A DNA stretch of 64,000 nucleotides from the NCBI GenBank assembly GCA_963842525.1, contig CAWJGT010000030.1, positions 1-64,000 of the forward strand. The letters are read 5' to 3'. The stretch is from an uncultured Holophagales bacterium (lineage in GTDB: Bacteria > Acidobacteriota > Thermoanaerobaculia > Multivoradales > UBA5704). This document shows, piece by piece, positions 44,446 to 54,638 of the stretch. The notes under the pieces were generated by a model. The model made no database searches and was not told the origin of the DNA. It saw only the letters and a list, made by a program, of their open reading frames with translations. Made by a program: the position numbers and the translations under genes. The first letter of the stretch is position 1. Every line of letters begins with the position of its first letter.

Positions 44446-46023
44446 GAGGCTGTGAAGGAATCGCGGGTCCGAGATTGGAAGGCGGAGGGCGGTAACAAGG
44501 CGCATAATAGATGTGAGGATCCTAAAGCGTGCGCGGTCAGGGGCCACATCGTATCCGACGCGAGCTAAGGCAGCGACAAGCGGTCGAAAACAGACTTGGA
44601 CAGGGGAATTACCCTCCTTTTCGCCGCGAGGCCCTGACCTTTATGCCGATGCGACGCAGCCCGCGCCGAGCGAGAGGGTGCGCATCAGGTTGTGGGCAAT
44701 GGCGAACCAAAGCAGCACCGCTCGGGCCTTGTGCAGGCCTCGCACTAACAGACGTTGCAGCCCGCGGTTGCGAGCCAGAGCGTTGACACATTCCACGCTC
44801 GACGCCCGCTGCTTGTAGATCTCTTTGGCCTCCGGTGTGCCCATGCGTTGGCGCCACTGCGCGATTGCCGGTGAATCGGTCGACAGAGGCACATACGGAT
44901 CGCGCGTCTTGTCCTTCGGCTTGGCGACCGGCGCATAGACCGTGGTGCCCAACTCGCTGGCCTTCTCGATATCTTTCAAACCGGCAAAACCACCATCGAC
45001 CAAGCTCTCTGGCGGAATCACTTCATAGCGCTCTTCCAGTTGCTCCAGCATCGGCACCAACTGACCCTGATCGCTGCCGCTGTTGCTGACATCCACTCCC
45101 ACCACGATCTGCGTCTCGGCGTCGACCGAAAACTGACCGTTGTACGCTGGACGAAATCCTCCATCCCCCATCTTCATCACCCGTGCCTCGGCATCCGTCG
45201 TCGACACCCGCGCCTGGTCTTTCTTCTCCGCTGGCTTCTTGGCCGCAACCTCTGCCATCTGCGCCAACGCCGCCTTGACCCGATGCTGGCGGTCCTCCGC
45301 CGCGCGCTGCCGGGCTGCCGTCTGACGACGATTCGTCGCCTCCGGGTCTTTCTCCAGCTCCGCGCGCAGGCGTTCGACCTGCTCCTGTGCCTCTTGTAGA
45401 CAGCGCTCCAGACTCGATTGACGCCGAAACGAGGCCGCACCGGCACTGGCACGCACACGGATGCCGTCCTGCGACACACGGTTCAGTGTCACCAGCTTCT
45501 GCTCCATCAACACCGCCACGCTCTGCGTCAGCACCTGATCGAGAAATTCCTCGTGCTGCACCCGAAAGTCCGACAAAGAGTGGTGGTTCACCGATACACC
45601 CCCCAAGATCCACCGATACGCATCGTGTTGAAGCGTCAGACGCTCCAGGGCTCGCGCGCTGCCCACGCCCTCAATCGTGGCGTACAACCATAAGGCCATG
45701 TAGATCCGCGGGTCGATGGCTGGACGGCCGGCACCCCCCTCCACCGATTGCACCTCCGCGTACAGAGGGCTCAGATCCAGGGACTCCACGAACTCCCAGA
45801 CGGCACGCGCAACGTGATCCGGCGGCAGAAGACTTTCCAGGTCCACGGGGCGCAGTTCCATCTGCGACCGGTTAGGAACCACCAAACGAGGAACCCCTTT
45901 CGCTTTGGCGGGCTCAGCACTCACTTCCGGCGCAGGGATAGGGAACAGAGTGTCGCTCATGCAGTAAGTATCTCATGGATACGCTCCGCTACGAACCGCT
46001 TACCGGGATTTTTTCACAGGCTC
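44446..46023 (-). mobile_element. IS1182-family insertion sequence (1578 bp)
   Basis: Terminal inverted repeats gaggctgtgaaggaatc / gattttttcacaggctc, flanked by a TCA direct repeat (44443-44445, 46024-46026). Confidence 0.9.
44641..45960 (-). CDS. IS1182-family DDE transposase
   Basis: GRPAIDP...LWLYA...SAR.LE, QDG.RVRASA, DAEARVMK, YNGQ, LVDGGF, YKQR...VE. Confidence 0.88.
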   Translation of the reverse strand: MSDTLFPIPAPEVSAEPAKAKGVPRLVVPNRSQMELRPVDLESLLPPDHVARAVWEFVESLDLSPLYAEVQSVEGGAGRPAIDPRIYMALWLYATIEGVGSARALERLTLQHDAYRWILGGVSVNHHSLSDFRVQHEEFLDQVLTQSVAVLMEQKLVTLNRVSQDGIRVRASAGAASFRRQSSLERCLQEAQEQVERLRAELEKDPEATNRRQTAARQRAAEDRQHRVKAALAQMAEVAAKKPAEKKDQARVSTTDAEARVMKMGDGGFRPAYNGQFSVDAETQIVVGVDVSNSGSDQGQLVPMLEQLEERYEVIPPESLVDGGFAGLKDIEKASELGTTVYAPVAKPKDKTRDPYVPLSTDSPAIAQWRQRMGTPEAKEIYKQRASSVECVNALARNRGLQRLLVRGLHKARAVLLWFAIAHNLMRTLSLGAGCVASA

Positions 46024-48681
46024 TCACGGCTCCTCTTCGTCGCCACCGACGGGATCACCGGCTACCGGATCTGGGCCAGCGGCGGCACCCCCGAGACCAC
46101 GGCACCGCTCGCGGCCTGCCCGGAAGGCTCCTGCGTCACGATCACCGACTACCGAGTGTCCCTGGTGAAGCTGGGGAACCGGGTTCTCTTCCCGGGGATC
46201 CAACCGGGCCGGAGCCCCGCGGTCTGGAGCACCGACGGCACCGCCGCGGGGACGCGGGCCATCCACGAGGTCTGTTCCGGGAGCTGCGACCGCACCGTCG
46301 TGGGGTTCGAGCCGGTGGCCGGCCGCGTGCTCTTCGTCGTCGGGCCCGCGGACGTGTTCTCCAGCGGGGATTACGTGCTCTGGCAGACGGACGGAACTGC
46401 CCAGGGGACCCGCCGGCTCGCCTCGTTCGAGACGAACCCCTTCGCCTTTGGAGCCCAGATCGAGCCGGTGGCCGCTGGGGGCCGCATCCTCTTCCCGGCC
46501 GAGGTCGAGGGGTCGGGCAGCCGGCAGCTCTGGGCGACGGACGGCACCCCCGAAGGCACCGGACCAATCAGCCTGATCGGCCGCAACGGGTTCGGGTCCA
46601 ATCCTACCGGGTTCGTGAGCGACGGCCGCGGAGTCTGGTTCGCGGCGAGCAGCAGCGCCTGGCGCAGTGAGGGGACTGCGGCGACCACCGTGGAGGTCGG
46701 AGGCCCCGAGCCCGTCATCGTGCGCGGGCTCGCGCTTTACGTCAGATGGGATGGCGTGGAGTCCGAGGGCCTCTGGCGCTCCGATGGGAGCCCGGGCGGA
46801 GATCTCCTCCTGACACCGCCCGGGTCCGGCCGTTTTCTCGCCCTGTCCGCCTTTGGCGAGCGGGCCGCCTTCGTCCTCCAGCGGCCGGATGGGGCGGTCT
46901 TCCTCGGCGAGAGCGATGGCACGCCCGCCGGGACGCGCACGCGCTTCGAGCTGCCTCCGCACTTCGGAGACGAGCTGACCAGGATGGTGGCCCTAGGGCC
47001 GGAGCTGTTCTTCCTGGGCCGGAACCGCAACACCTCCGAGCCGTACTTCTGGCGCAGTGACGGCACGCCGTCCGGGACGTTCGAGATCGACCTCGGCGAG
47101 GTGCGGTTCCTCGGCCCGGACCCGGTGCGGGTGGGGAACCGGATCTTCTTCCTGGGCTACTCGTCCCGCGCCCAAATCTGGAAGCTCGAAAACCCCGCAG
47201 GCCCCCCCGAGCCGCTCTTGCCCGTAGAGCTCCCGGGCTATGCCGGATCGGACCCTTCGAATCTGATCGAGTATCAGGGAGCCTTGTACTTCATGGCGGG
47301 CAGCGGCATTGCGTCCGGCGGCCGGGGGCTCTGGCGATCCGATGGCACGACGGCGGGTGTGGTCCTCCTGGCCTCCTTCAACGGGTCCAGCCAGCCCCAA
47401 ATCGTGGGATTCACACCCTTCGGAGGTCGACTCTATTTCGCCAGCGACGACGGCGAGCACGGCGTCGAGCTCTGGCAGACCGACGGCACGGCCGCGGGCA
47501 CCGTCCTGGTCCGCGATATCCGGCCCGGACCGACCTCTTCGTCTCCCCAGGCGCTCGCTGCGGCCGGCGGCCGGCTCTTCTTCTCGGCCAACGACGGCGT
47601 CCACGGCTTCGAGCTGTGGGAGAGTGACGGCACGGCCGCGGGTACCCGTATGGTGCAGGACATTGCGCCAGGCGTTGCCTCGTCCGATCCCCGCGAGCTC
47701 ACCGCGTCCGGCGGGAAGCTCTTCTTCAGCGCCGACGACCACGAGCATGGCCGCGAGCCCTGGGTCCTCGACCTCGCCGGGTCCGGCTGCCAGCCCTCGG
47801 AGGAGGCCCTCTGCCTGGGCGGCCGGTTCCGTGTGGAAGCCACTTGGCGTGACTTCGAGGGCCACAGCGGCCGGGGCAGAGCGGTTTCCCTAACCGCCGA
47901 CACCGCGTATTTCTGGTTCTTCGATCCCGCCAACGTCGAGGTGGTCTTGAAAGCGCTCGATGGACGGACGACCAACGGCCACCATTGGATCTTCTATGGA
48001 GCCCTTTCCAGTGTGGAGTACACCCTGACGGTGACCGACACCGAGACCGGTGCCACCCGCCGGTATGTCAATCTGCCGGGCCGGCTGTCGAGCGTGGCCG
48101 ATACCCGCGCCTTCGGCCCCTTGGGAGCGACCGGCTCTGACCTGACGTCCGCGCCAGCCACTGCGGATCCGGACACCATCGTCCGCACGAGCCGCGCCAC
48201 TGCAGCGTCCTGTTCTCCCAGCGCCACGCGACTCTGTCTCCAGGGAGGCCGCTTCGCTGTCGAAGCCCGTTGGAAGGATTTTCAGGGGAAGACCGGTACC
48301 GGTCAGGCTGTGCCCCTGAGTGGCGACACCGGTTATTTCTGGTTCTTCGGCCCGGACAACGTCGAAGTCGTCCTCAAAGTGCTCGACGGCCGGCCGCTCA
48401 ACAACAAGTTCTGGGCCTTCTACGGCGCCCTATCGAGCGTCGAATACACGCTGACGGTCACCGACACCGAGACAGGAAAGGTCAAGACCTATACCAATCC
48501 GAGCGGACGACTCGCCAGCGTGGCGGACACCGCGGCGTTCTGAGGGGGTGATCTGATAGACTTTCGACAGGTTTCCCGCCATATCGGTCATACATGGCTG
48601 AGCAAAGGCCCCGTGGAAGGCTGGGGATCGCGCGTCCCCTCTTGCCGGGGGCCTGACCAACTCACGGCGAAGGGAGGAAGC

Positions 48682-49053
48682 ATGTCTAGAATGCGCTGGA
48701 TGGGGCTGTTGCTCCTGGTCGTCCTGGTGGCTGGATGCAACCCGGGGCGGACGAAGACCGAGAAACTGCTGTTTGATTGGGCCAATGCGCTCAACCTGCA
48801 TCTCACGACCGAGCCGAGCAGCAACTACACCTTCCCGGAAAGGCTGGAGGAGGTTTCTCCGGTCCTGCGGGGCGAGTTGTCGTTCGAGGACGCCTGGGAC
48901 AACCAACTCCACTACCGCCGTCTGCGCGACGATCTCTATCAGTTGATCTCGCCCGGCCCGAACGGCAAGCTGGGCGACTCGGACGACGTCATCGTGGAGA
49001 AGGGAATCCTGCAGAGCCCGGAGAAGGTGTACGCGGCAAATCCGATCACGTAG
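48682..49053 (+). CDS. Small lipoprotein with GspG-like C-terminal motif
   Basis: GGAGG RBS, lipobox LVAGC, DAWDNQLHY...LISPGPNGKLGDSDDV. Confidence 0.7.
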   Translation: MSRMRWMGLLLLVVLVAGCNPGRTKTEKLLFDWANALNLHLTTEPSSNYTFPERLEEVSPVLRGELSFEDAWDNQLHYRRLRDDLYQLISPGPNGKLGDSDDVIVEKGILQSPEKVYAANPIT

Positions 49054-49223
49054 CCGCGACCGTCCGGGCTCACCACGCTCTCGCTCCTCGCTGCTTTTCT
49101 GCCGGCATCCCGGCGGCCGGCTCGCTTTGGCCGCCCGGGAGCACCTGTCTAAGCAGTGACCTAGGCGGAAAGCCGTCCTCCGCATTCATCCAACTCAACC
49201 GGGAAGATAAGGAGGTTTGTCTT

Positions 49224-51893
49224 GTGACAAAGCGCCTTTCCTGTTTCATCCTGGCTGCTGTTTTTGTCCTGCCCCTGGTGACTGCCTTTTCGGCAGACGC
49301 CCAGGCGCCGGCGGTAAATGTTCGCATCGATGCTGCGAAAGGAGTCGACAGAAGGGTCGATTACGCCGCCCTGACCCAGATCGGTCCGTGGGATGATCGC
49401 AACTATTCGTTGACTTTGAAGGATCTGGCTCTCCTCCCGCCGAATGAGCACGAGCAGCTCAATCCGATCCCCGCCTTTTTCCGTGTCGAGATGCGGCGCA
49501 AGAACCCCAGCATCCCGCGCACGGGCGAGGGCCAGTATCCGCGCAGCGCGCTCCAGATCTTCTTCCTGCGTCACGGCGGCTTCCTGGTCGACGGCCTCCT
49601 CTACCAGCGCGCGGTCCGCCGCAACGGCTCCTACGTCGTGCTCAAGGACCGGCCGCGGACGATCGCGGAGTGGGAGGAGTCCAAGGCTCTCGGGGGCGAC
49701 GTCCGCGTCACTTCGCCGACCGGCGGCGCCGAGTCCGCGGTCAAGATCAATCCGCTCGACGCCAACAAGGTGATCGGCGGCGCGAACGGTCCCGGCTCGG
49801 GCCAGAAGATGTTCTATTCGACCAACGGCGGCTCCACCTGGACCGCGTCCGCCGCGCTGCCGCTCGGGAGCACCTGCTGCGACCCCACGGTGGACTGGTC
49901 GTCCGACGGCACCAAGGCCTATGCCGCGACCCTCGGCGGCTGCGGCAGCGTCTGCAACGTCTGGGTCTACCGATCGAGCGACGGCGGCGCGACCTGGAAC
50001 GATTTCGAGTCGTTGACCCCCGGCGACCCGCGCCGTGAGGTGACCAGCGCGAGCACCTCCGACAAGGAGTTCATCCACGTCGACAAGTTCGGGACCTCGC
50101 CGCGGAAGGACAACGTCTATCTCACCTGGCACGACAACAACGTGCTCAAGTTCTCGCGCTCGACCGACTTCGGCCACACCTGGAGCGCGGCGCTCACCAT
50201 GTCGTCGGGCACGACCCAGTCGGGTATCGGCAGCGACATCACGACCGACAAGAACGGCAACGTCTACTACGTCTGGCCGGCCACCAACGGCAAGACGATC
50301 CTGTCGCGCAGGTCGACGGACGGCGGCGCCACCTTCGCCGCGGCCGTCACCGTCGCCAATACGCAGGACGGCTACGACTTTGCCATCCCGGCCATGGAGA
50401 CGCGGCGCGCCTTCATGTACGCCGCGGCCGACGCCGACCTGTCGAGCGGCGCGTTTGCCAACCGCGTCTACGTCGCCTGGACGGATACCACGGCTCCCGA
50501 GTCCGGCACCGCCGCGAACAACCATGCCCGCATCCAGGTCGCCTATTCGGACAACGGCACCACCTGGACCGTGCGCACGCCTCACGAGACCGCCGACGCC
50601 AATACCGTCGACCGCTTCCATCCGTGGATCGGCGTCGGCTCGGACGGCGTCGTCCACGTGATGTTCTATGACACGCGCCAGAACGCGGCGCGCACCAGCG
50701 TCGACCTCTACTACAGCAAGTCGACCGACGGCGGCAACACCTGGTCGACGCCGGTCCGCGCCACCAGCGTCACGTCGCCGCACATCGAGGACACGTTCCA
50801 GTGGGGCGACTACAACGGCCTCGACGTCCTCGGCTCGCAGGTGATCGGCGTCTTCACCGACAACCGGAACGAGAGCGGCGGCGCGCCCGACTCGGTGGAC
50901 GTCTATGCCGCCTCGGCGCCTGCCGGCGGCTGCACGCCGCCGCCGGTACCGACCGGCGTCATTGCCACGGCCGCGAGCCAGACGCAGATCAATGTGTCGT
51001 GGAGCGCTTCTGCCGGAGCCTCCTCGTACAACATCCTGAGGTCGACCACGAGCGGCGGCCCCTACAGCCTGGCCGGCACCTCGGCCACCACGTCGTTCCC
51101 CAACACCGGCCTGACCTGCAATACGACCTACTACTACGTGGTCCAGGCGGTGGGGGCCTGCACCTCGGCCAATTCGGCACAGGCGTCGGCGACGACGTCG
51201 GCCTGCACGGGCAGCGTGCTGACCAACGGCGTTCCGGTGACCGGGATCTCGGGGGCCTCCGGCAGCCAGCAGTTCTGGACGATGAGCGTGCCGTCGGGCG
51301 CGTCCAACCTGCAGTTCCAGATCTCGGGCGGCACCGGCGACGCCGACATGTATGTGCGGTTCGGCTCGGCGCCGACCACCTCCACATATGATTGCCGGCC
51401 GTACCTGGGCGGCAACAACGAGACCTGCACCTTCCCCACGCCGTCGGTGGGCACCTGGCACGTGATGCTGCATGGCTTCTCGGCCTACTCGGGCGTGTCG
51501 CTCGTGGGGAGCTACTCGACGGGCCCGACCTGCACCGCCACCACGGAGGTAGAGCCGAACAACAGCACCGGCGCGCCGCAGGTGATCTCCGGGACCTGCA
51601 ACCAGATCTCGGGGACGTTCCTCAACGACTCCTCGACGCAGCAGAACGACTACTTCCGCCTCAGCCTGCCGGCGGGCGCCACGGTGACGGGGCTGCTCAA
51701 CGGCCTGTCGGTGGACTACGACCTCTACATCTACAACTCCGTGGGAACCCAGGTGGCGAGCTCGACGAACGGAGGCACCACCGCGGACCAGGCGTCCTGG
51801 ACCAACACGGGCGGCTCGGCGACCAACGTCTTCGTCCGGGTCTACCGCTTTTCGTCCACCCGGACGACCTACCAACTGAGAGTCAGCTACTGA
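49224..51893 (+). CDS. Secreted BNR/Asp-box (sialidase-like) propeller protein with FN3 and PPC domains
   Basis: AAGGAGG RBS, signal peptide, repeated STxGGxTW boxes, GDY, FN3 (VSWSAS...YYYVVQA), PPC (GGTGDADMYVRFG..PT; EVEPN...DYDLYIY). Confidence 0.85.
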   Translation: MTKRLSCFILAAVFVLPLVTAFSADAQAPAVNVRIDAAKGVDRRVDYAALTQIGPWDDRNYSLTLKDLALLPPNEHEQLNPIPAFFRVEMRRKNPSIPRTGEGQYPRSALQIFFLRHGGFLVDGLLYQRAVRRNGSYVVLKDRPRTIAEWEESKALGGDVRVTSPTGGAESAVKINPLDANKVIGGANGPGSGQKMFYSTNGGSTWTASAALPLGSTCCDPTVDWSSDGTKAYAATLGGCGSVCNVWVYRSSDGGATWNDFESLTPGDPRREVTSASTSDKEFIHVDKFGTSPRKDNVYLTWHDNNVLKFSRSTDFGHTWSAALTMSSGTTQSGIGSDITTDKNGNVYYVWPATNGKTILSRRSTDGGATFAAAVTVANTQDGYDFAIPAMETRRAFMYAAADADLSSGAFANRVYVAWTDTTAPESGTAANNHARIQVAYSDNGTTWTVRTPHETADANTVDRFHPWIGVGSDGVVHVMFYDTRQNAARTSVDLYYSKSTDGGNTWSTPVRATSVTSPHIEDTFQWGDYNGLDVLGSQVIGVFTDNRNESGGAPDSVDVYAASAPAGGCTPPPVPTGVIATAASQTQINVSWSASAGASSYNILRSTTSGGPYSLAGTSATTSFPNTGLTCNTTYYYVVQAVGACTSANSAQASATTSACTGSVLTNGVPVTGISGASGSQQFWTMSVPSGASNLQFQISGGTGDADMYVRFGSAPTTSTYDCRPYLGGNNETCTFPTPSVGTWHVMLHGFSAYSGVSLVGSYSTGPTCTATTEVEPNNSTGAPQVISGTCNQISGTFLNDSSTQQNDYFRLSLPAGATVTGLLNGLSVDYDLYIYNSVGTQVASSTNGGTTADQASWTNTGGSATNVFVRVYRFSSTRTTYQLRVSY

Positions 51894-51904
51894 CCTGACC
51901 GCTC

Positions 51905-51936
51905 TCGCGCCCGCCTCTCGACGGAGGCGGGCGCGA
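51905..51936. terminator. GC-rich hairpin downstream of the BNR protein gene
   Basis: tcgcgcccgcctc-tcgacg-gaggcgggcgcga, a 13-bp stem without a U-tract. Confidence 0.45.
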
Positions 51937-51989
51937 TCGGGTCCTTGCAGATCCTGCCGTAGAATGGTCCTGTCACAGGACCGAAATGA

Positions 51990-54638
51990 ATGCCAGATCC
52001 AGAGCCCTCGCCTTCTGAAGGGCCGGCCTCTTTCGTGGAGGAGCGGATCGGTGCGTACCGGCTGGAGCGGCCTCTCGGCCGGGGCGGCATGGGTGAGGTG
52101 TTCCTGGCGCGCGACGAGCGCCTGGGCCGTTGGGTGGCGATCAAGCGGGTCCGCCACGGGACTTCTCCGGCACTGCGGGAGAGGTTCCGCCGCGAGGCGC
52201 GGGCGGCGGCGCGCCTGAACCATCCTGCCGTCGTGCAGATCTACGACATCCTGGAGGACGGCGCGGGAGACGCCATCGTCCTGGAGTATGCCGAAGGGCG
52301 CACGCTCCGCGCGGTGCTGGCGGACGGTCTGCCACCTCCGGCCCTGGCCGTGCGCCTGGCGCGTGAGATCGCCGAGGGGCTCGCGGCGGCCCATGGCGCG
52401 GGTCTCGTCCATCGCGACCTCAAGGCCGAGAACGTGGTGGTCAGTCCGGACGGACACGCCAAGATCCTGGATTTCGGGTTGGTCAAGGCTCTGGAGCGGG
52501 AGGCCGCCGAGGACAGGCTGACCGACCACGGCACGGTCCTGGGGACGTATCACGCCATGTCTCCCGAGCAGGCGAGCGGCGGCGAGGTCGACGCTCGTTC
52601 GGATCTCTTTTCTCTCGGGGTCCTCCTCTACGAGATGCTGGCCGGTCGCTCGCCCTTCCTCGGCCGGAATCCTCGGGAGACCTTGAAACGGGTGCTCGTG
52701 GACCAGCCGCCGCCGATCGGCGCGTTGCGGCCCGACCTCCCTGCCGGGCTCGGCGCCCTGGTCGGCCGTCTGCTGGAGAAGGACCCGGACGCCCGTCCCC
52801 GGTCGGCCAGCGAGGTGGCGAGGGCTCTGGAGGAGACCGCCTCGTCCGTCTCTCTCGTGGATCTCCCTGCGCTGGATGCGGATGGGATGGGGGAGCTCGC
52901 GACTGCCTGGACGACCCCGGCAGGCTCCGGCTCAGCGTCCGGACGGCCGAGCGCGCTCCAGCCTTTGCAGGGATGGTCCCGGCCGCTGTCTGCCCTGGGT
53001 GCCTTGGTGGTCCTTGCGCTGACGGCATTCCTGCTGCTGGGACGAGCCACGACGGAGCCGCTCCGCGGCCCCCTGCGCGTCGCGGTCCTCCGGCCCGAAG
53101 TGGTTCCGGCCGGAGGCGAAAAGCTCGATCTCGCGGCCTCGGGGGTCTTCACGTCGGCCCTCTCCGCACTGACCGGGCTGGAAGGGCTTGCGCCGCTCGA
53201 TCCCGGCGAGGTGGATGCCGGAGCAGCCACGCCGGTCGCGGCGGCGCGCTCGGCGGCGGCGGACGAGGTGCTCGCGGCGACCCTGGAGGATCAGGGCACG
53301 ATGGGGGCGCGGCTGTCGCTGCGCCGCGTCCTGGGCAGCGACGGCCGGGTGCTCTGGGCGGACAGCTTCGTCGTGCCGACCGATCCAGGCGACCTACGGC
53401 TCCTCGCCGACGCCGTCGCGGTCCACCTGCAGCGGGCCTACCCCGGCCACCTGTTGCGCGAGGGCTTCCCCGCCCTGGACGTCCGCGACGAGGACTACGC
53501 CGCTTTCCTGCGCATCAAGCTCCGGGTGGATCAGGGCAACGTCCCGTCCGAGCCCGAGCTGGCGACTCTCGCAGAGATCCGGCGGAGCTCTCCGAGGTTT
53601 CTGGAGGCGCATCTCCTGGTGGCCAAGACGGCTCAAAATCTTTTCATCTCGACGCGGGAGGCCGCCTGGCTCGAACGCGGCGAGGAGGCGGCGCGCGCCG
53701 CCCTGGCGCTCGCCCCCGGCGATCCCCGCCCCGTTTCCGTCCGGCTGCGGCTCGCCCTCGCCGTCCGGCGTCCGGCGGAGGCACGCGCTCTCCTGACCAG
53801 TCTGGAGAGGCTGCTCACCGGGGATCCGGAGCTGCTGGCCCTGTCCGGACAGGTCGCGGAAAGCGAAGGCGACCTGGACCGGGCGATCTCCGATCTCGCT
53901 GCCGCCGTGGCGCGCGTCCCGTCCTGGATGAATCTCTTCCGGCTGGCCGACCTGGAGGCCAGGCGGGGCCGGACCGGCGAGGCCAGGCGTCACCTGGAGC
54001 AGCTCCTGGAGCGCAACCCGGGTAATGCCTGGGGCCTCGGCCGGCTGGGCGGCCTCGAGCTGCTGGCCGGCGACCCGGCGCGCGCCGAGCGGATCTACCT
54101 CGATCTCCTCCAACGGCAGCCGCAGCGGTCCCACTACACCAACCTGGGGCTCGCCCGGATGCTCCTCGGCCGGCCCGCGGGCGCCGTCGCGGCGTACCGT
54201 AAGGCCCTGGAGCTGGCGCCCGGCCACGTCGCGGTCCTCCTCAACCTGGCCGATGCCGAGCTGGAGCTGGGCCATGAGCCGGCGGCGCGCGCCCTCTACG
54301 AGCAGGCCCTGGCCGGTCTCCAGAAGCGCGGGGCCTCGGCGGCTCTCTCTCCCACCGACAGCCTCGTCAAGGCCCAGTGTCTCGCCCGCCTCGGCCGCGC
54401 CCGCGAGGCCGTTGAGGAGGCGCAGAGGACGCTCCGGACCGCCTCCGAGGACCCCGAGGTCGTCTATCTGGCCGCCGTCGTCTACGCCCTGGTCGGAGAC
54501 CGCAGCTCCGCGCTCGTAAACGCCCAGGCCGCGCTCGACGGCGGAGTCCAGCCGCGCTGGCTCACGATCTCCGCCTTCGACGGCCTGCGGGACGATCCGG
54601 ATTTCCGGGATCTCCTGCGGCGACCGGCCGGCTCCTAG
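51990..54638 (+). CDS. Hanks-type Ser/Thr kinase with hydrophobic segment and TPR repeats
   Basis: GRGGMGEV, VAIK, HRDLKAEN, DFG, MSPEQ, DLFSLG. A TM-like stretch is followed by TPR-like helices. Confidence 0.92.
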   Translation: MPDPEPSPSEGPASFVEERIGAYRLERPLGRGGMGEVFLARDERLGRWVAIKRVRHGTSPALRERFRREARAAARLNHPAVVQIYDILEDGAGDAIVLEYAEGRTLRAVLADGLPPPALAVRLAREIAEGLAAAHGAGLVHRDLKAENVVVSPDGHAKILDFGLVKALEREAAEDRLTDHGTVLGTYHAMSPEQASGGEVDARSDLFSLGVLLYEMLAGRSPFLGRNPRETLKRVLVDQPPPIGALRPDLPAGLGALVGRLLEKDPDARPRSASEVARALEETASSVSLVDLPALDADGMGELATAWTTPAGSGSASGRPSALQPLQGWSRPLSALGALVVLALTAFLLLGRATTEPLRGPLRVAVLRPEVVPAGGEKLDLAASGVFTSALSALTGLEGLAPLDPGEVDAGAATPVAAARSAAADEVLAATLEDQGTMGARLSLRRVLGSDGRVLWADSFVVPTDPGDLRLLADAVAVHLQRAYPGHLLREGFPALDVRDEDYAAFLRIKLRVDQGNVPSEPELATLAEIRRSSPRFLEAHLLVAKTAQNLFISTREAAWLERGEEAARAALALAPGDPRPVSVRLRLALAVRRPAEARALLTSLERLLTGDPELLALSGQVAESEGDLDRAISDLAAAVARVPSWMNLFRLADLEARRGRTGEARRHLEQLLERNPGNAWGLGRLGGLELLAGDPARAERIYLDLLQRQPQRSHYTNLGLARMLLGRPAGAVAAYRKALELAPGHVAVLLNLADAELELGHEPAARALYEQALAGLQKRGASAALSPTDSLVKAQCLARLGRAREAVEEAQRTLRTASEDPEVVYLAAVVYALVGDRSSALVNAQAALDGGVQPRWLTISAFDGLRDDPDFRDLLRRPAGS

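Larger units (their letters stand above)
43390..48543 (+). pseudogene. Second ELWxxDGT-repeat protein, interrupted by an IS1182-family element
   Basis: Removing 44446-46026 rejoins ESQVVQLGS to RLLFVATDG in frame. Paralogous to the upstream gene and also ends ADTAAF. Confidence 0.88.

Noticed and set aside
42600-48543. Near-identical DNA repeats suggesting a DGR template/variable pair
   Set aside because: They are the paralogous C-terminal domains of the two ELWxxDGT genes, and no reverse transcriptase is present in the window.
49128-49143. GG-N10-GC sigma54-like site upstream of the BNR protein gene
   Set aside because: It lacks the CAC and TGC context, and such matches are expected by chance at this GC content.
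49161-52553. 1130-aa minus-strand ORF (likewise 30980-33760, 25790-27724, 2456-4108 and others)
   Set aside because: Antisense shadows of well-supported plus-strand genes in high-GC DNA, with no motifs of their own.
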